A stretch of DNA of 64,000 nt from Eremomyces bilateralis CBS 781.70 (taxonomy: Eukaryota): NCBI GenBank assembly GCA_010015585.1, contig ML975166.1, one strand, 5' to 3'. Every line of letters begins with the position of its first letter. Positions within the stretch are counted from its first letter, which is position 1. A program made the position numbers and the translations under genes. Below, piece by piece: positions 38,095 through 49,980 of the stretch. Under the pieces are notes generated by a model, which worked only from the letters and a program-made list of their open reading frames with translations, had not been told where the DNA came from and searched no databases.

Positions 38095-38671
38095 TCAAGT
38101 TCGGTCATTAGTACTGTTCGGTCCCCCGTCGCCTCGACCTTCCGTGTCCGTAGTTGACATCGAATCGCCATGCATCGCCTCGGCGAATCCAATCCATTCG
38201 TCGACTCCGCGGATGTACGTGTCCTCCACTGGGTCCGGAAGCACGTCGTGGCCCCAAACCATGAAACCATCAAATGACCCCTCTTCTCGAACTGGGTATG
38301 TCTCGCCCGCTGCGTCCTCTTCATCCGACTCTTCTCCAGCCGGTTCCTGTATCGGCTCACTCGATCGGCGAAGTATCACACCTGCTCCACAGTCAATCGC
38401 GGCATCGTTGCAACCTCAGCGAATACCGCCTACCTTTATACCCCTCAGGCACGTCGACCTTCGTCCCTTTCAACTTCCTCCCTCGGAAGTATGCCGTGTG
38501 TGTGCGCTGCTTCGATACCCCACTCGGACTAGCAGCTAGGGCGTCTTCGCGCGGGTTCCAGTGGCGCGTGGTCGCCGCGATTGCGCCATGATGGTGTACC
38601 CGGCACGGGAGAATGTGCGGTGTGCATTTCTTGGAGGGGTTTGAGGACGGTTGAAGCGCGAGGGACGGCAT
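38095..38671 (-). CDS. RNH203: Ribonuclease H2 subunit C
   Basis: TPHILPCRVHHHG, TAYFRGRKLKG...VPEGYKG, intron, then FDGFMVWGHDVLP...DTYIRGVDEWIGFAEAMH. Confidence 0.88.
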
Positions 38672-38699
38672 GGTTGGAGGTGGTGAGAAGAGATATCGG

Positions 38700-38727
38700 G
38701 ACGCGTCCGGACGCGTCGTTGCGCGTC
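38700..38727. promoter_or_regulatory. MCB-box cluster (two ACGCGT in an 18-bp palindrome, plus CGCGTC) upstream of RNH203
   Basis: GACGCGTCCGGACGCGTC (38700-38717) is a perfect palindrome about 30-45 bp upstream of the ATG. ACGCGT is the MBF G1/S element. Confidence 0.55.
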
Positions 38728-39412
38728 AAAGTGCTAAAGATGGGATGACGGGATGCGAAAGGGAATTGATGGCGGATCAATTCCGAAATGTGGTTCTATG
38801 CCAGCGTGTAAGCTCAGTTGGTGTCTGCTATATAGAATCTCCCTATCAATTGGTTGAACATGTCCTGTCTTGCTCCGTAGAGAAGAGTAGTTTCTTCCTT
38901 GCCTCGCCTGGCCAAACCCATATATTGGGGCCTTATCGCCTTAGACCTGTAATCAGAATTGTAACTCCAATAATTAGCGCTCACTGCGATCAAGTCGAAG
39001 CTGCGGAGATCGATATTTCCGGTACGTACATCGAAGTCTGCAGTGAAGATCCTATCTATTCTCTCCAATTTATAAATGCCTCAACGATAAGATCGCAGGA
39101 TTATCGGCTTTTCATCTGCACCCAGCCCCTCCTCACTTAGGAGCCACTAGTAGCCCAGCCCCCGCGCAGCATACACTCTCCGCAGGATGCCCATTAACCT
39201 TTCCTCCTATTTATGTTGACATCATGGGATATCTCATTGTACTGTCATGTCTACTCCGTACCATACGGGACAATTTGTGAATCAATACCTAATAAACGCT
39301 TCGGAACAGCCCGGTCACGAAACGTAGTACGATAGAGTCCAGCCGATTTTGTCACTTCCATTTCTCCTCCGAGTCAACCGTATCCAGACCCATCTATCCA
39401 ATTGTAACAATC

Positions 39413-40130
39413 ATGCCTCCTCGGGGTCCTCGCCGGCATGGGAATGACCTTGCCGTCCTTGTGCGAAGCGTTCCCACCCTGAAGACCCGACGCGACTGGT
39501 GTCCCTGGATGAAGGCCATAGAAACTCATGCGCGACGAGTCCATGTGTGGGATTATATCAATCCAGACGGGGATATATCACCGCCCGAGGCAACCTTCCC
39601 TACGGAAGATGCGTACAAGGCGATGTCCCAGTTCGCAAAGAAGAAGCTGGAAATCGACCGGGAGGCGGGTTAAAGCGCTGATCCGGGTGGGCGATATCAT
39701 CGCAGCTACAGTCTCTGACGAAGCTCGGGTCTATCTTCGGCCTACGGATTCCTTACGTGATATTCTGAAGAAGCTGTCGAGTCGCTTTAAACCATCGGAA
39801 TGGCAGGAAAAGAAGTTCTTGAGAGAGTCCCATGACCAACTGCTCCGGGGCCCGAAGAAGAATGGCCCCGTCGGCCTCGCCAATTGGATGGTGCAATGGT
39901 CCGATTTCCATGAAAATGCGAAAGAGACTGGGATGACCTATTTTTCAGACGATTATAATCTTGCCGCTGACCTGATCGAGGCGTGTGATCTAGCGGGTTT
40001 CAAGAGCTTTGCCACGTGCGGGAGAGGGCGCCTGTTCTCTGCCGACACGGAGGAGGAGAGAAAGGAGCTGAAATTCTCTGACTTCATCGACCTCTTTTGT
40101 TTCGTAAGTAACGAGGAGATCGTTCGATGA
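39413..40130 (+). pseudogene. Lone retrotransposon gag-like ORF (copia-like), split by a +1 frameshift
   Basis: LKTRRDWCPWMKAIETHARRVHVWDYINP and IIAATVS...LRDILKKLSSRFKP...NWMVQW resemble fungal copia Gag N-termini. Frame change near 39660-39673. No pol or LTR seen. Confidence 0.55.
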
Positions 40131-40700
40131 GTTGCTGTGTCTGTTTGAGAGGTCGGAGACGGAATCAGAGGAATACACAGTTTATCCCTCGGGCTTAGTA
40201 GTGGCAATTGACAAGACTTGAATATCAGTTCCATATCGCAAGCAAGATCACATCTTTTAACCATAACCAGAATCCAGCCGTCCCCCTTTCGTTCAGTTGG
40301 TACCAGTGGACACAGAGTGAACATGTCATAGAGGAAATGAACGAGTCGTTCCCACGATCACTGTTCTTTCGAGCAGACAGATCAGTGGGGTGTAGTCTGT
40401 TCGTCGCGTTGTCACTTTGCCCCTCTAGGACCGTATTCAATGTGGTCAGTCGATAGAGCAGATGAGAAGGGGAAGACGCGGGAATGCAGACATTGATCGC
40501 ACTGGCGGCATCTTAACGAATATGGGAGCGTTTTTGCAGTTTCAGGGGCAGTGTATTATTCTCAGAATTGTTCATTTGGTCCGCTATGCTGAAGATAATG
40601 CTGGGGTATCAATCCTCATGATCATGGGCTTAATCGACTGTTTAGAGTACAAAACTCCTTCCTCCGCAGCGTGATGAATGCCGATGGATGACCTGAATCA

Positions 40701-41933
40701 CTAGGCCCGCTTGGTGCGCTTCTTAGCCTTCTTCTTCTTCTTTCTTCGAGGCTTAGCCGCACGTCGAACTGTTGTCTCGCCGGTATTCAATGCAACCCCA
40801 CCATCCTGGTCAGCATCACTGTCGTCCGTGTCGTCCACTTCGAAATCAGAGTCGTCAATCGAGCCCATATCATCCTCATCCCCATTGCTCGCCTTCGCCC
40901 TATGACCTTTTGCGCCATTGGCGGTCACTGGCAGATCCAGCTCCGCATGGAGTCCGAAGTCCCTCTTCGACATCTCCCGATCCATCCCCTCCTTCTCTAA
41001 CTTATACAACTGCATCGTCATCCTCGAGTCCTCCACACTGTCATGGACGCCGTCGTGGACTTTCCCACTCTCCGTGCGGCCGGTGTCTCTGGGATCCTCT
41101 TGTATCTTCGTCCCCCGCATCTCTACGCCCAGAACGTCTCTCACTAGGTTTCTCAACGCCGGGGTTCGGCCACCAGCCATGTCTCGAAATCGTCGATATC
41201 GACACGTGTCGCGGACGCCTTTGACCAGCTGTCCGCGGCGAACTTCGGAGTCCAGAGACAGGACGATCAGATCGTTATGGATCGCGTGTCCCACGAGCAC
41301 TCGTCCCCGTAATATATCCCGCACCAACTTCTTCACGTCTTTGAGGGGTAATGCGCCTGATTCCGGCGTGAGATGGTGGGGTAGGATTCCGGATACATGT
41401 GTGCGGTAGTCGGTCACTGGTACGGTCGGGAGAACGTAGACGTCTAGGAGGACGTGAAGGTGGTAGTTGACGATGGACACCCGCGCGGGAATGGAGATCG
41501 TATTGGGTGGTGGACCGGTGCCGACCATTTCGCAGTCGAGCGACACATATTTTCCAGGGGCAAGTTCTTTCGGGTTCGGTAGAGGTATAGAAGGGGATAC
41601 TGGTTGCGATTTGCCCGTTTCTGACTGGCTTGACGTGCCGTTTTGCCTCGTGATATTGCCCTTCTCCTTCTGCACGACCTTCGCAGTTGATGAAGTGGAG
41701 GTCATGTCTGTTCGATGCTTGGATATTTTATGGCTGACAGTAAATGCTGAAGCATGGCCATTCGTTTTAACCACGCGGTTCTTCTTTATGGGCGGTTTCC
41801 CTTGCCCGACATGCCCTTCATCCTCTGCCTTGCGCTTTGGTGTCTGAGACTGGGACGGGGAACGGTCAGGCTTCTTGCTTTGGAGCTTCTCTTGAAGCCT
41901 TTTCCAATTGGATGACAAATTCGGTTGCGCCAT
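40701..41933 (-). CDS. REX4: RNA exonuclease 4 (DEDDh)
   Basis: LSSNWKRLQ N-terminus, YVSLDCEMVG, ARVSIVNY, VTDYRTHVSGI, LVGHAIHNDL, RDT, HDSVEDSR, and a basic tail. Confidence 0.92.
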   Translation of the reverse strand: MAQPNLSSNWKRLQEKLQSKKPDRSPSQSQTPKRKAEDEGHVGQGKPPIKKNRVVKTNGHASAFTVSHKISKHRTDMTSTSSTAKVVQKEKGNITRQNGTSSQSETGKSQPVSPSIPLPNPKELAPGKYVSLDCEMVGTGPPPNTISIPARVSIVNYHLHVLLDVYVLPTVPVTDYRTHVSGILPHHLTPESGALPLKDVKKLVRDILRGRVLVGHAIHNDLIVLSLDSEVRRGQLVKGVRDTCRYRRFRDMAGGRTPALRNLVRDVLGVEMRGTKIQEDPRDTGRTESGKVHDGVHDSVEDSRMTMQLYKLEKEGMDREMSKRDFGLHAELDLPVTANGAKGHRAKASNGDEDDMGSIDDSDFEVDDTDDSDADQDGGVALNTGETTVRRAAKPRRKKKKKAKKRTKRA

Positions 41934-42082
41934 TGTATTCAAAGGTCGACTTTGACCTGCGTCAACTGGTTCAAAGACATGGTCTGTTTTTTCATGTGTC
42001 TGGAAATGTTTCGGAGGTTGCGGGGAATTTTTTGGCCTCTTCATGAAAACCTCCATCACGTGGTCTGTGCGCAGAGGCCAAT

Positions 42083-42210
42083 ATCTCTTATTCTCTTTAT
42101 TTATTCTCTTAATCTCTAATTCTCTATTCTCTAATTCTCTATTCTCTCAGCTCTCTCAATATCTCAGCTCTACTCTAATTCCCTATTCTCTAATCTCATC
42201 TCTGATCTCA
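42083..42210. repeat. Low-complexity CT-rich tract (TCTCTAAT/TCTCTAT units)
   Basis: Degenerate tandem units between the REX4 start and the CYP504 3' end. Confidence 0.7.
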
Positions 42211-42293
42211 CTGCTGATGACCACAACAACGTCACATCCTTGGGTGAAGGTATTATTCTTGTTTACAATTTCTATACCGTACACAATGAACTT

Positions 42294-43978
42294 TCATAGT
42301 TTCTCCTTCATCATCACCCTGAGCGCTTCCGTGTTCCTGGGTTGAAATACGACCTTATACGGTCTGCACATCGTCACCAGACACGTGGGATCGATGCTTC
42401 CCCGAACCGGGTGGACATCCACCGCTTTCTCGCCTTCTTTCCATCCTGGCAACAGTTTGAAGCAGCTCAACATCCTCATGAATGTGAGGTAAAGCTCCCG
42501 ATTAGCGAGGAGACTGCCAGCACACATCCGGTACCCTATCCCGTACGTGAACAGCGAAGCCTCTGGATGTTCAAGCCATCTCTCCGGTCTGAATACCTCT
42601 GGATCTTGCCATATTTCTGGATCTTATTCAGAAGTCAGTGTATGGTTACTAAAAGACGCGAGTTATCTGTGGAGGGTACCCATGTTACACGCCCAAGCGT
42701 TCAGGAAGATTGTAGTGCCGGCTGGGATCAATTTCCCTTCATAGGATATATCCCTTATGCTGGCTCGAGGTAGAACTAGACGAAGGACGGTGTAGTATCG
42801 GAGGCACTCCTTTACCAGCGCCGCCACGTACTCGCATTTTTGGTCGTCCTCAACATCACACATGATTCCAATCTCATCGCCCGGAAACATCTGACGAATG
42901 GCCTCGTGTGCTTTGTCTTGAACTTCCGGGCGCTGGGCAAGCAATGCGATGCTCCACTGTACCAGCGTCGTGATCGTGTCAAGTCCGCCAGATAGCATCG
43001 TCAACGATATCGATGTTAGCTCTTCCTTGTTCAGTTGAGCTTCCTTATCCATGATGACATTGGCTTGAATGCACGGCGTTTGTGTCCCTGCCTCCATCCT
43101 TTCGTCCAAGTCATTGTTTAACTTCTTCAAATACACATCTCTTCTGTCTCGCACTTCTCGGGCCGTTGCCGAACTCCCGTTGAACGGGTTCAGTCGAAGC
43201 AGTGGGACGTAATCCTGCAGATTACCGGTCGTGCTGCGGAACTTGCTAATGGCTTCCTCCACCTCGGTGATCTCATGGAAGAGCGGGTCATCTCGGCTTC
43301 CCATGCGGATGCCCCAATTCAGAGTCAGGGCCAGCGACAAGCTGAGGCGTTGGATCATCGGCATGGGGTCGATGGCCTTGGCTCCATATTCGCCGTACTC
43401 CAATCCTTCCGATATGAAGGCGCGAGTCTCAATGTCTAGATGAGGGATGTAGGTTGCGATGGCTGGCTTATTTAGTGCTGATGCGGCTCCTTTGCGGCGC
43501 CGTTTGAGGGAATCTGAGTAGGGCGAAGTCCCGATCGTGGTTCCGGCGGTATTTGACAGGACCTGTCATCATTAGCCTGGCTTTGCACAATTGACCAGCA
43601 CCAGCAGGTTACTTTGTGGAAGGTATAGAAGACTGGCCTCGAACTCAAGGCTTGGGAGTTATGCCCAAAGATCGTCTTGGCCGCCTTCGCACTGTTCACC
43701 ACAAGGACTGGGACGTCGCCCAGCATGATCTGGTAAACATCTCCATGCTTTTTCGACCAGATCCGATACTGCTCCGCTGCGTTGTATCGGATATGTGGCA
43801 AATTCCCAACGATGGGCCATCCTCTCGGCCCCGAGAATGCGGTTATTCGTCTCCTCTGCCGTACTAGTTCAGCAAATATCAGGTAGGTTGAAGGGATGAG
43901 AAGAAGTGCTGAGACAATGGAGAGGACGGGATGGTCTCCAATGGTTTGAACCAAGATATCATACGCAAATGTAATCAT
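42294..43978 (-). CDS. Cytochrome P450 CYP504B-like (3-hydroxyphenylacetate 6-hydroxylase, PhacB-like)
   Basis: GPRGWPIVGNL, LSSRPVFYTFHKV, GTTIGTSPYSDSLKRRRKGAASALN, MLSGGLDT, ECLRYYTVLRL, and heme motif YGIGYRMCAG. Confidence 0.88.
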
Positions 43979-44707
43979 TGCTTTCCTTTCACTAGTTTCT
44001 TCACTGCTTCTTTCGTACAGCCGGCCTGTATTCAAACAAAATATCTCTTGACTTCTGGTCCTTAAAGCCAAATTCACCGGTCCACTCGGTTCATATCAGT
44101 CGGTCCGAGTCAAACATTCCAGTCCCTGTATACCCCGCAGTGTAGACAACAGCGTGCGGAATTCTGCCGCACTCTTCAGCAGATGTTTACCCGTGACGTT
44201 GAATTCGATGCAGTGTTTACATAAAAAAAACGCGAGACCCAGGATGTGCCAGTTCGATCGATGTTAAGCGCAGGGCTTTGGAAGCAACTTCACATGCCAC
44301 TGTCTATGCCAAGTTGACATATCGCAGTGCCAAGCCATCTGCTCTCTTGCATCACTGCACCCACCCAGGGTATCAGATTTGATCTCAATAACAACAAGTT
44401 GTCCCTCTATAACAGAAACTCAAGGGCAGCTTTGAACGTGTTATATCATAAATTTACTTCATGTGCATCTACAGTGAGATCTTCCTAGAATTTAGATTGA
44501 GGCAATAGGCGGCCGGGGCTGCTTTGCCGTCCAGTAATTATGTAGCTCCACGATATCACCTTGGTGTGACCTGTCATGTCGAATCCAGTTTCCAGTGATC
44601 CCATTGTTTATCAACTCTCTAGAACCATTTTCATGTTCTATGAGTATGACTGGAGGTTTCTTCTCAGTTCATCCATTCACAACCTCCATATTCAACACTT
44701 CGATCAA

Positions 44708-44766
44708 CTCTCCACTCCACTCCACACTCTCCACTCTCCACTCTCCACTCTCCACTCTCCACTCTC
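44708..44766. repeat. Heptamer microsatellite (CTCTCCA)n
   Basis: About 5-6 perfect units plus degenerate flanking units. Confidence 0.85.
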
Positions 44767-45116
44767 AATCCCCCTTCCACATCTACGCATCTTCATACCA
44801 CTAAGCAGGTACGTGCATAATTTCACAATTTCTCCCATTATCACTGAATGGGACCATATCACCGCCTTTGCGACTATAAATCGGGATATAAGACTCGATC
44901 TTCACATGGTTTACCACTAGCGCACTGCTTTGACTGACCATCTCACTCCACCCTATGTGCCATCACTCGCAGCTCGAGAACACATCATACAATTCTCATA
45001 TCCGAATGTCTTTCACTGCACTCAGGAATATGAAGATCTATGCCTCGAATTATTGCATAATCTAACTAGAGGTTTGTAGAAACTCAGACACTCCGAAGCA
45101 AATCTATCTAATCACC

Positions 45117-45692
45117 ATGGCGTCGAAAGCCCTCCAGGACAAGAACGTCGTGTTCCTGCTCCAGTGCTTCAAATATGCGAAGACCGAAGTCTCGGTAAGT
45201 CACATCCAGTTTATTTTATCCTAGCTAATCGTAGCCCTGCCTGTCAATATTAAAAATCATCGTGCTGATGTCCGAAACTATAGATCGACTGGTCCACCAT
45301 GGCAGCTGAACTGGGAGTGAATCACCACACCGCCTACTGCCGCTTCCGTGACCTGAAGATGGCCTTGGAGAAGCAAGGGGAGGGTGTCAATGGTGCCGAT
45401 GCTTCACCCTCCTCAAAGAAGAAGGCCTCGGGTGTCAAACCCAACACCCGGACCAACGCCAAAGGGGGGGTGAAGAAGACCGGAGGGACACCGAAGAAAA
45501 CCAAAGCAAACCACCCTCTAAGCGACGGTCTTGCGACGTCCGATATGCTATTGGAGGAGCTGGAGGATGGCACTGAGCAGCCCGTGGCTCCGACCTTTCC
45601 TGTGAATTCCCTGGCAAACTCTTAACGCTCTGTACTTGGTTACTGATAATTCACTAAACCAGAACGCATACGAAGCTACCACCGAGGTCTAG
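45117..45692 (+). CDS. Small basic protein with fungal Myb-like DNA-binding domain
   Basis: Exon 1 MASKALQDKNVVFLLQCFKY, GTAAGT intron, then IDWSTMAAELGVNHHTAYCRFRDLK and a Lys-rich tail. 3' end uncertain (45625 or 45692). Confidence 0.7.
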
Positions 45693-46275
45693 GCGTTGAG
45701 TGGGACCTTAGAGGCGGACAGTTAGTGAAGGATTCAGGAATGATGCTGGAGGGATTACATGCACTCCCATATTGGGTCATCAGATATTAAGCAGCAGATC
45801 ATTATGGTGGAGATTTTCCTCTGGTCAAAGCAGAGCTACGGCGGTGCGTTGATCAATAGCTTTCCAAACGGTGCAACATTCCGATTCCTATCTCCAATGA
45901 GCCCCATGTACCCGATGAACGCCTTGATCGCCGTGATCGCCCAGTCCAGCTGAGTCCCAATGTCAGACGGGACAGACTCCTCAGCGACCCCCGATGAAAG
46001 CTGCTGGATGAAACCAAACCCACGACATGATATGCACATTCAGTGCTTTCCTTTGTTACGCCGTTTTGCAGTGCTGTCTAAATAATGGATATTCGGCGAA
46101 ACAAACGGTTCGGATGCAGTCCAGGCGACCGGATGATTGTGAACCCGGGATATGCATCATGAGAACAGTAAATATTACCTGTGATACGGAATCAGCGCTA
46201 TGCTCCTGCAAACCGCGAGAAGTCAGGAACCTACATTCCAAAGGAATCCTAGTCCTTCTCTTCTACCACGTTTCC

Positions 46276-48016
46276 TCAACCCGATCCCGGCTTTTCCAGC
46301 TCGTTCGATGCATCGTCCTGACCATCATCATTATCCTCTGGCCCTGCCGCGGCTCCCGGCTGGTTTGAGCGCCTTTTCCCCGGCAACTTCTCCGCCTCGC
46401 GCGTCTCCGATTCCTCGCGGACCGCCTTTGCCTTCTGAGCGTCCTCCTTTGCCTTCTGAGCGTTTTCCTCCTCCCTCTGCACTTCTTTAATGACTGCCAT
46501 GTCTGCTTTCCATTGCCCGTCCGAGGTCTCGAACTGATCTTGGATCTTTTCAATCCGTTCTTTCTCCTCCTGCTCTTTCTTCCGCTCCTCTTCAAGCTCG
46601 GCCTTCATCTCTTCCATATGCCGAATATCATCGACGGAGGGCTCATAGAGATGCCAGATGGTATAGTGCGGAAGCCCCACGACGCTGTATTTCATGCGCT
46701 TGGCCATCTGATGCCATCGTCAGTTAGTGTGTTATGGTAGAATATGGAGTGCTCGGGCCTACCTTTCCAAACCCTTCGGTTTCTGCATGTCGCTCGAAGC
46801 TGAACGCGGGAAAGTGGACTCCGGTTCTAAAGACGCGAGCCTTTGCAAGGATGCTGACACCCCCAACTCCATCCAGGTCCATCTCCATGTCGGGATCGCC
46901 ATATGGGTCTCGGAGGTAGGCCAAATGGGGTCGCCATGTCGCATACTCCGCGTATCCTTCGACAATGACAGCATCTTCATCCAACGTCTTAGCAAGCTCC
47001 AACGCCGTATCCGATTCTTGCCAAGAGTTCAGATCGTATGGTTGCTCGCCGCCTAGCCAGTCGGGGAGGGGTCGCCAAACATCTGGAGAGTGTCAGATTA
47101 CTCAAGTCGAAATGAAGAGCGGAGATCCTTACTGGGGACAATCACATCCTTATTGTGACGCATTAGATCTTCTAGGATCGTAAACGGCGCCGTCTCCACA
47201 TCCACATCTCTCCAGTACACCCAGCTATGAACGGGCCTCAGCGCCGCACTCAGCAACCAATTCCGTGCCTGCGCCATACTCTTCCGTCGACCCGCTTGCG
47301 CCGCAAATCCGTGTCGGGACTCGACATCTTGATCCACTTTCTGGCCGAAATCTTTCTCCATGATGCTGATCTCGCCGAACGTTTGCTTCGGGTCTGGGTC
47401 GTCCTGTAACCCCTCCAACAATTCCGTAAGCAAGTCCATAGTGTTGTCTTTCGAGTCGCCCACGAGGAAGGCGAGGTCGATCAACTTGTGCGGGTACGTC
47501 AAGTTTCGGAGGTGGCTGAAGAACATGGGGAGGTGAGGTGCTGCGTCACGAAGCGGTGCACACAGGAGGATGCGCTCCTCGCGCTCCCATCCTCGCGCGC
47601 TGCCTTGAACGTTGCTCAAGTCGTAATATCGTACGGTTTCCAGCTGGAGGTCAGGGGTGCCGGAAAACAGGCCGAGCGAAACGGCGGGAAGGAGGGTGTA
47701 TCGAAGCGAGGGGAATATCAGGAGGAGGAGGAGGAAGCCCAACGAGGCGAGGGCGGCGAGTCGTATCAAGAAACCGCGTCTTCTCCGTAAAGCTGTGTGC
47801 GATCGAGGCTGGAATCTAGAGGGAGGAGCGGGTTAGCGGTGCCATGACAACTGTTGCGCAGGGTAGAGAACGGGTTGACGCGGAGAAAGTGAGGACGTAC
47901 CTATTTGGATGAATGGAAAAGGATTTGCCTCCCATGGGGTAGGCACCCGTGTGGCCATTGGTATACGGGTACCGCTCCATCTTGCCTTTGGACGAGAACG
48001 AGTGTATCGGAAGCAT
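46276..48016 (-). CDS. ANP1: Mannan polymerase subunit Anp1 (GT62)
   Basis: TM segment, ILLCAPLRDA, LTYPHKLIDLAFLV, ARNWLLSAAL, WRDVDVE, LDGVGGVSIL, HAETEGFGK, GLPHYTIWH. Start codon choice uncertain. Confidence 0.9.
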
Positions 48017-48596
48017 TTGGGATGGTAATCGTGGCGAAAGGGATGGTCTCCTGACGATGTGAGAAACGGGGTGGCTTCATGCAACAACACCCACAGAGGC
48101 CACGGCCTCCGGCCCTCTGCAATCGTGTGCCAAACCCGCTATGGCCGACGACTGAAGCTGAGTATCCACGGATAGTCAAGTGTAAGACCTGATCTAGGGA
48201 GTCCCCGACGAGAAACTGTTTGGAATTGGAGATAGGATGAGATCCGCGTAGCGCGAATGGAGTAGAGCGGTCGCGTGGTATCCGGGGCGTCAGAGGTGGG
48301 AACGGGTGATGGCGCCGTTGAACATAAGAATGATAAGAAAGGAGAGGATGGAGGAGAATAACTGGGAGGCCAGCTGGTGATGTCGAATCGGCATGGGCGA
48401 TGTAACTTGTAACAGTTCTGTTGGTCACAGTTCTGAGTTCCGGGCTACAGCCGCTTCACTCAATCGGGTTTAGTGTTTACATCAGACTAGGTATCAGAAT
48501 AATTCAGAAATTAACTAGATCTTGAATTTCGGCTTAATCAAGTTTAGCCAAACGCCACTACTGAGATCGATACGTGGGTATCAAATGAATAATTGA

Positions 48597-49400
48597 TTAC
48601 TTGATCTCAAAATTTTCCGAAATACATGTTGAATTTACTATTTGCTCTACAGAGGTCAGGCGCTGCGAGCCTGCAACAGAGCCCCAAACTATATCCTTAC
48701 CCCTGGCGAAACAATTGAAGCCGAGTGATGCAACACCAAGGTGGTACCGATCCCCCGAGTCCGTGAGGTACATGTAGTACCCGACCAGGTACGCAATGTC
48801 CGTTATGGGAGTAGAGCCTGCTTCTGCTTGATCGGTCAGCGCGAGATCTTCGAAAATACTCGTAGTTCCAGCAATTTGACTGTTGGTGAGATCAGGAAAA
48901 GCCGATGAACCCATATCCCACTTCCGGCCACAGTGCCATCCAACCCAGGACGAGCAGAACGACACCACAGCACTGGACCCAGAATGACATGCAAGCAAAA
49001 CTCCACAACCAATCATCCCCGACAAGTCGAGTCCGGTGCGGGAGGGTGGATTGGAAGTAAGGAATCGTAGAATGGATAGACTAGGTATCATCATTCAAGA
49101 TGGATGACGAAGAAAAGGTGCAACTCACGTTAATGCTTCCTGGCGATATCATCAGGTATTCCGGAGTTCCTAAGCCTGCATCTCATAAGCCAATGTTCAA
49201 CAGAAGCAGTGGAAGAAACAAGTGTAATTAATAACATCAGATATATGTAACGTTGGTTCAGTCTCTTTCATGGGTATTCAGAAGCAGAACTGTAAAAATG
49301 AACGATATCATCATGAAAGGGAGATCGAAATAGAAAGCGGCAAGACTTACGTTAGAAAACTCTATCCATTCACTCTGGCTCCCTAGGAATAGATGTCAGC
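48597..49400 (-). CDS. Hypothetical multi-exon protein (unrecognised)
   Basis: 165-codon open frame 48597-49094 plus upstream GTGAGT/GTAAGT donor-like sites near 49128 and 49351. No motif recognised. Confidence 0.3.
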
Positions 49401-49980
49401 AGGGGACTAGACATCAAGACCGTGTTTATTGATGTTATATGAGGTGTAAATCATCAGATGGTAGTGCATGTTGTTCAATGCTCATGGGAGATCGCAGGAA
49501 CTGTGGTGAAAAGTTTTCTTCATAGAAAAAATGGGCTAGAGGGGAGGAGGTAGGAAGCTCTTACATCAGAGGATACTGAAGAGCAAACAGTGAAAACTTT
49601 CATACTGCCTTCTCATGGGAATGAACAAGCATCACATATATGCTCAAGGCTCCAGGTGCAGGAACCATTCTGATGTTCGTGATGAGAAAAAGACAAAATT
49701 GAAAGGTTGAAGCTCAAGGGAAGTTTTGTAGTGCTGCAGCGCACGTGCACGCGAAGCTTGGGTCACGTGGTGTGTATACCTTGAGATGCCTGAGGCATAT
49801 AGTTAGAGCTCCAGCCACAGCAAACAAATCTGCGCCACAGTTTGATCATCAATCGCATCGCGTTAGGATTGAAGATTCAGGAAACCTTTGGATCAGCCTC
49901 TCATCGCTACCTCGCTGTAACAGGCAGCCAAACCATTGAACAAGCCAGTACCAAGGGCAAAGTCGAGGCGCTCAAATAAT

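Noticed and set aside
38808..39222. Possible LTR upstream of the gag-like ORF (TGTAAG...TGACA)
   Set aside because: No second copy, TSD or primer-binding site.
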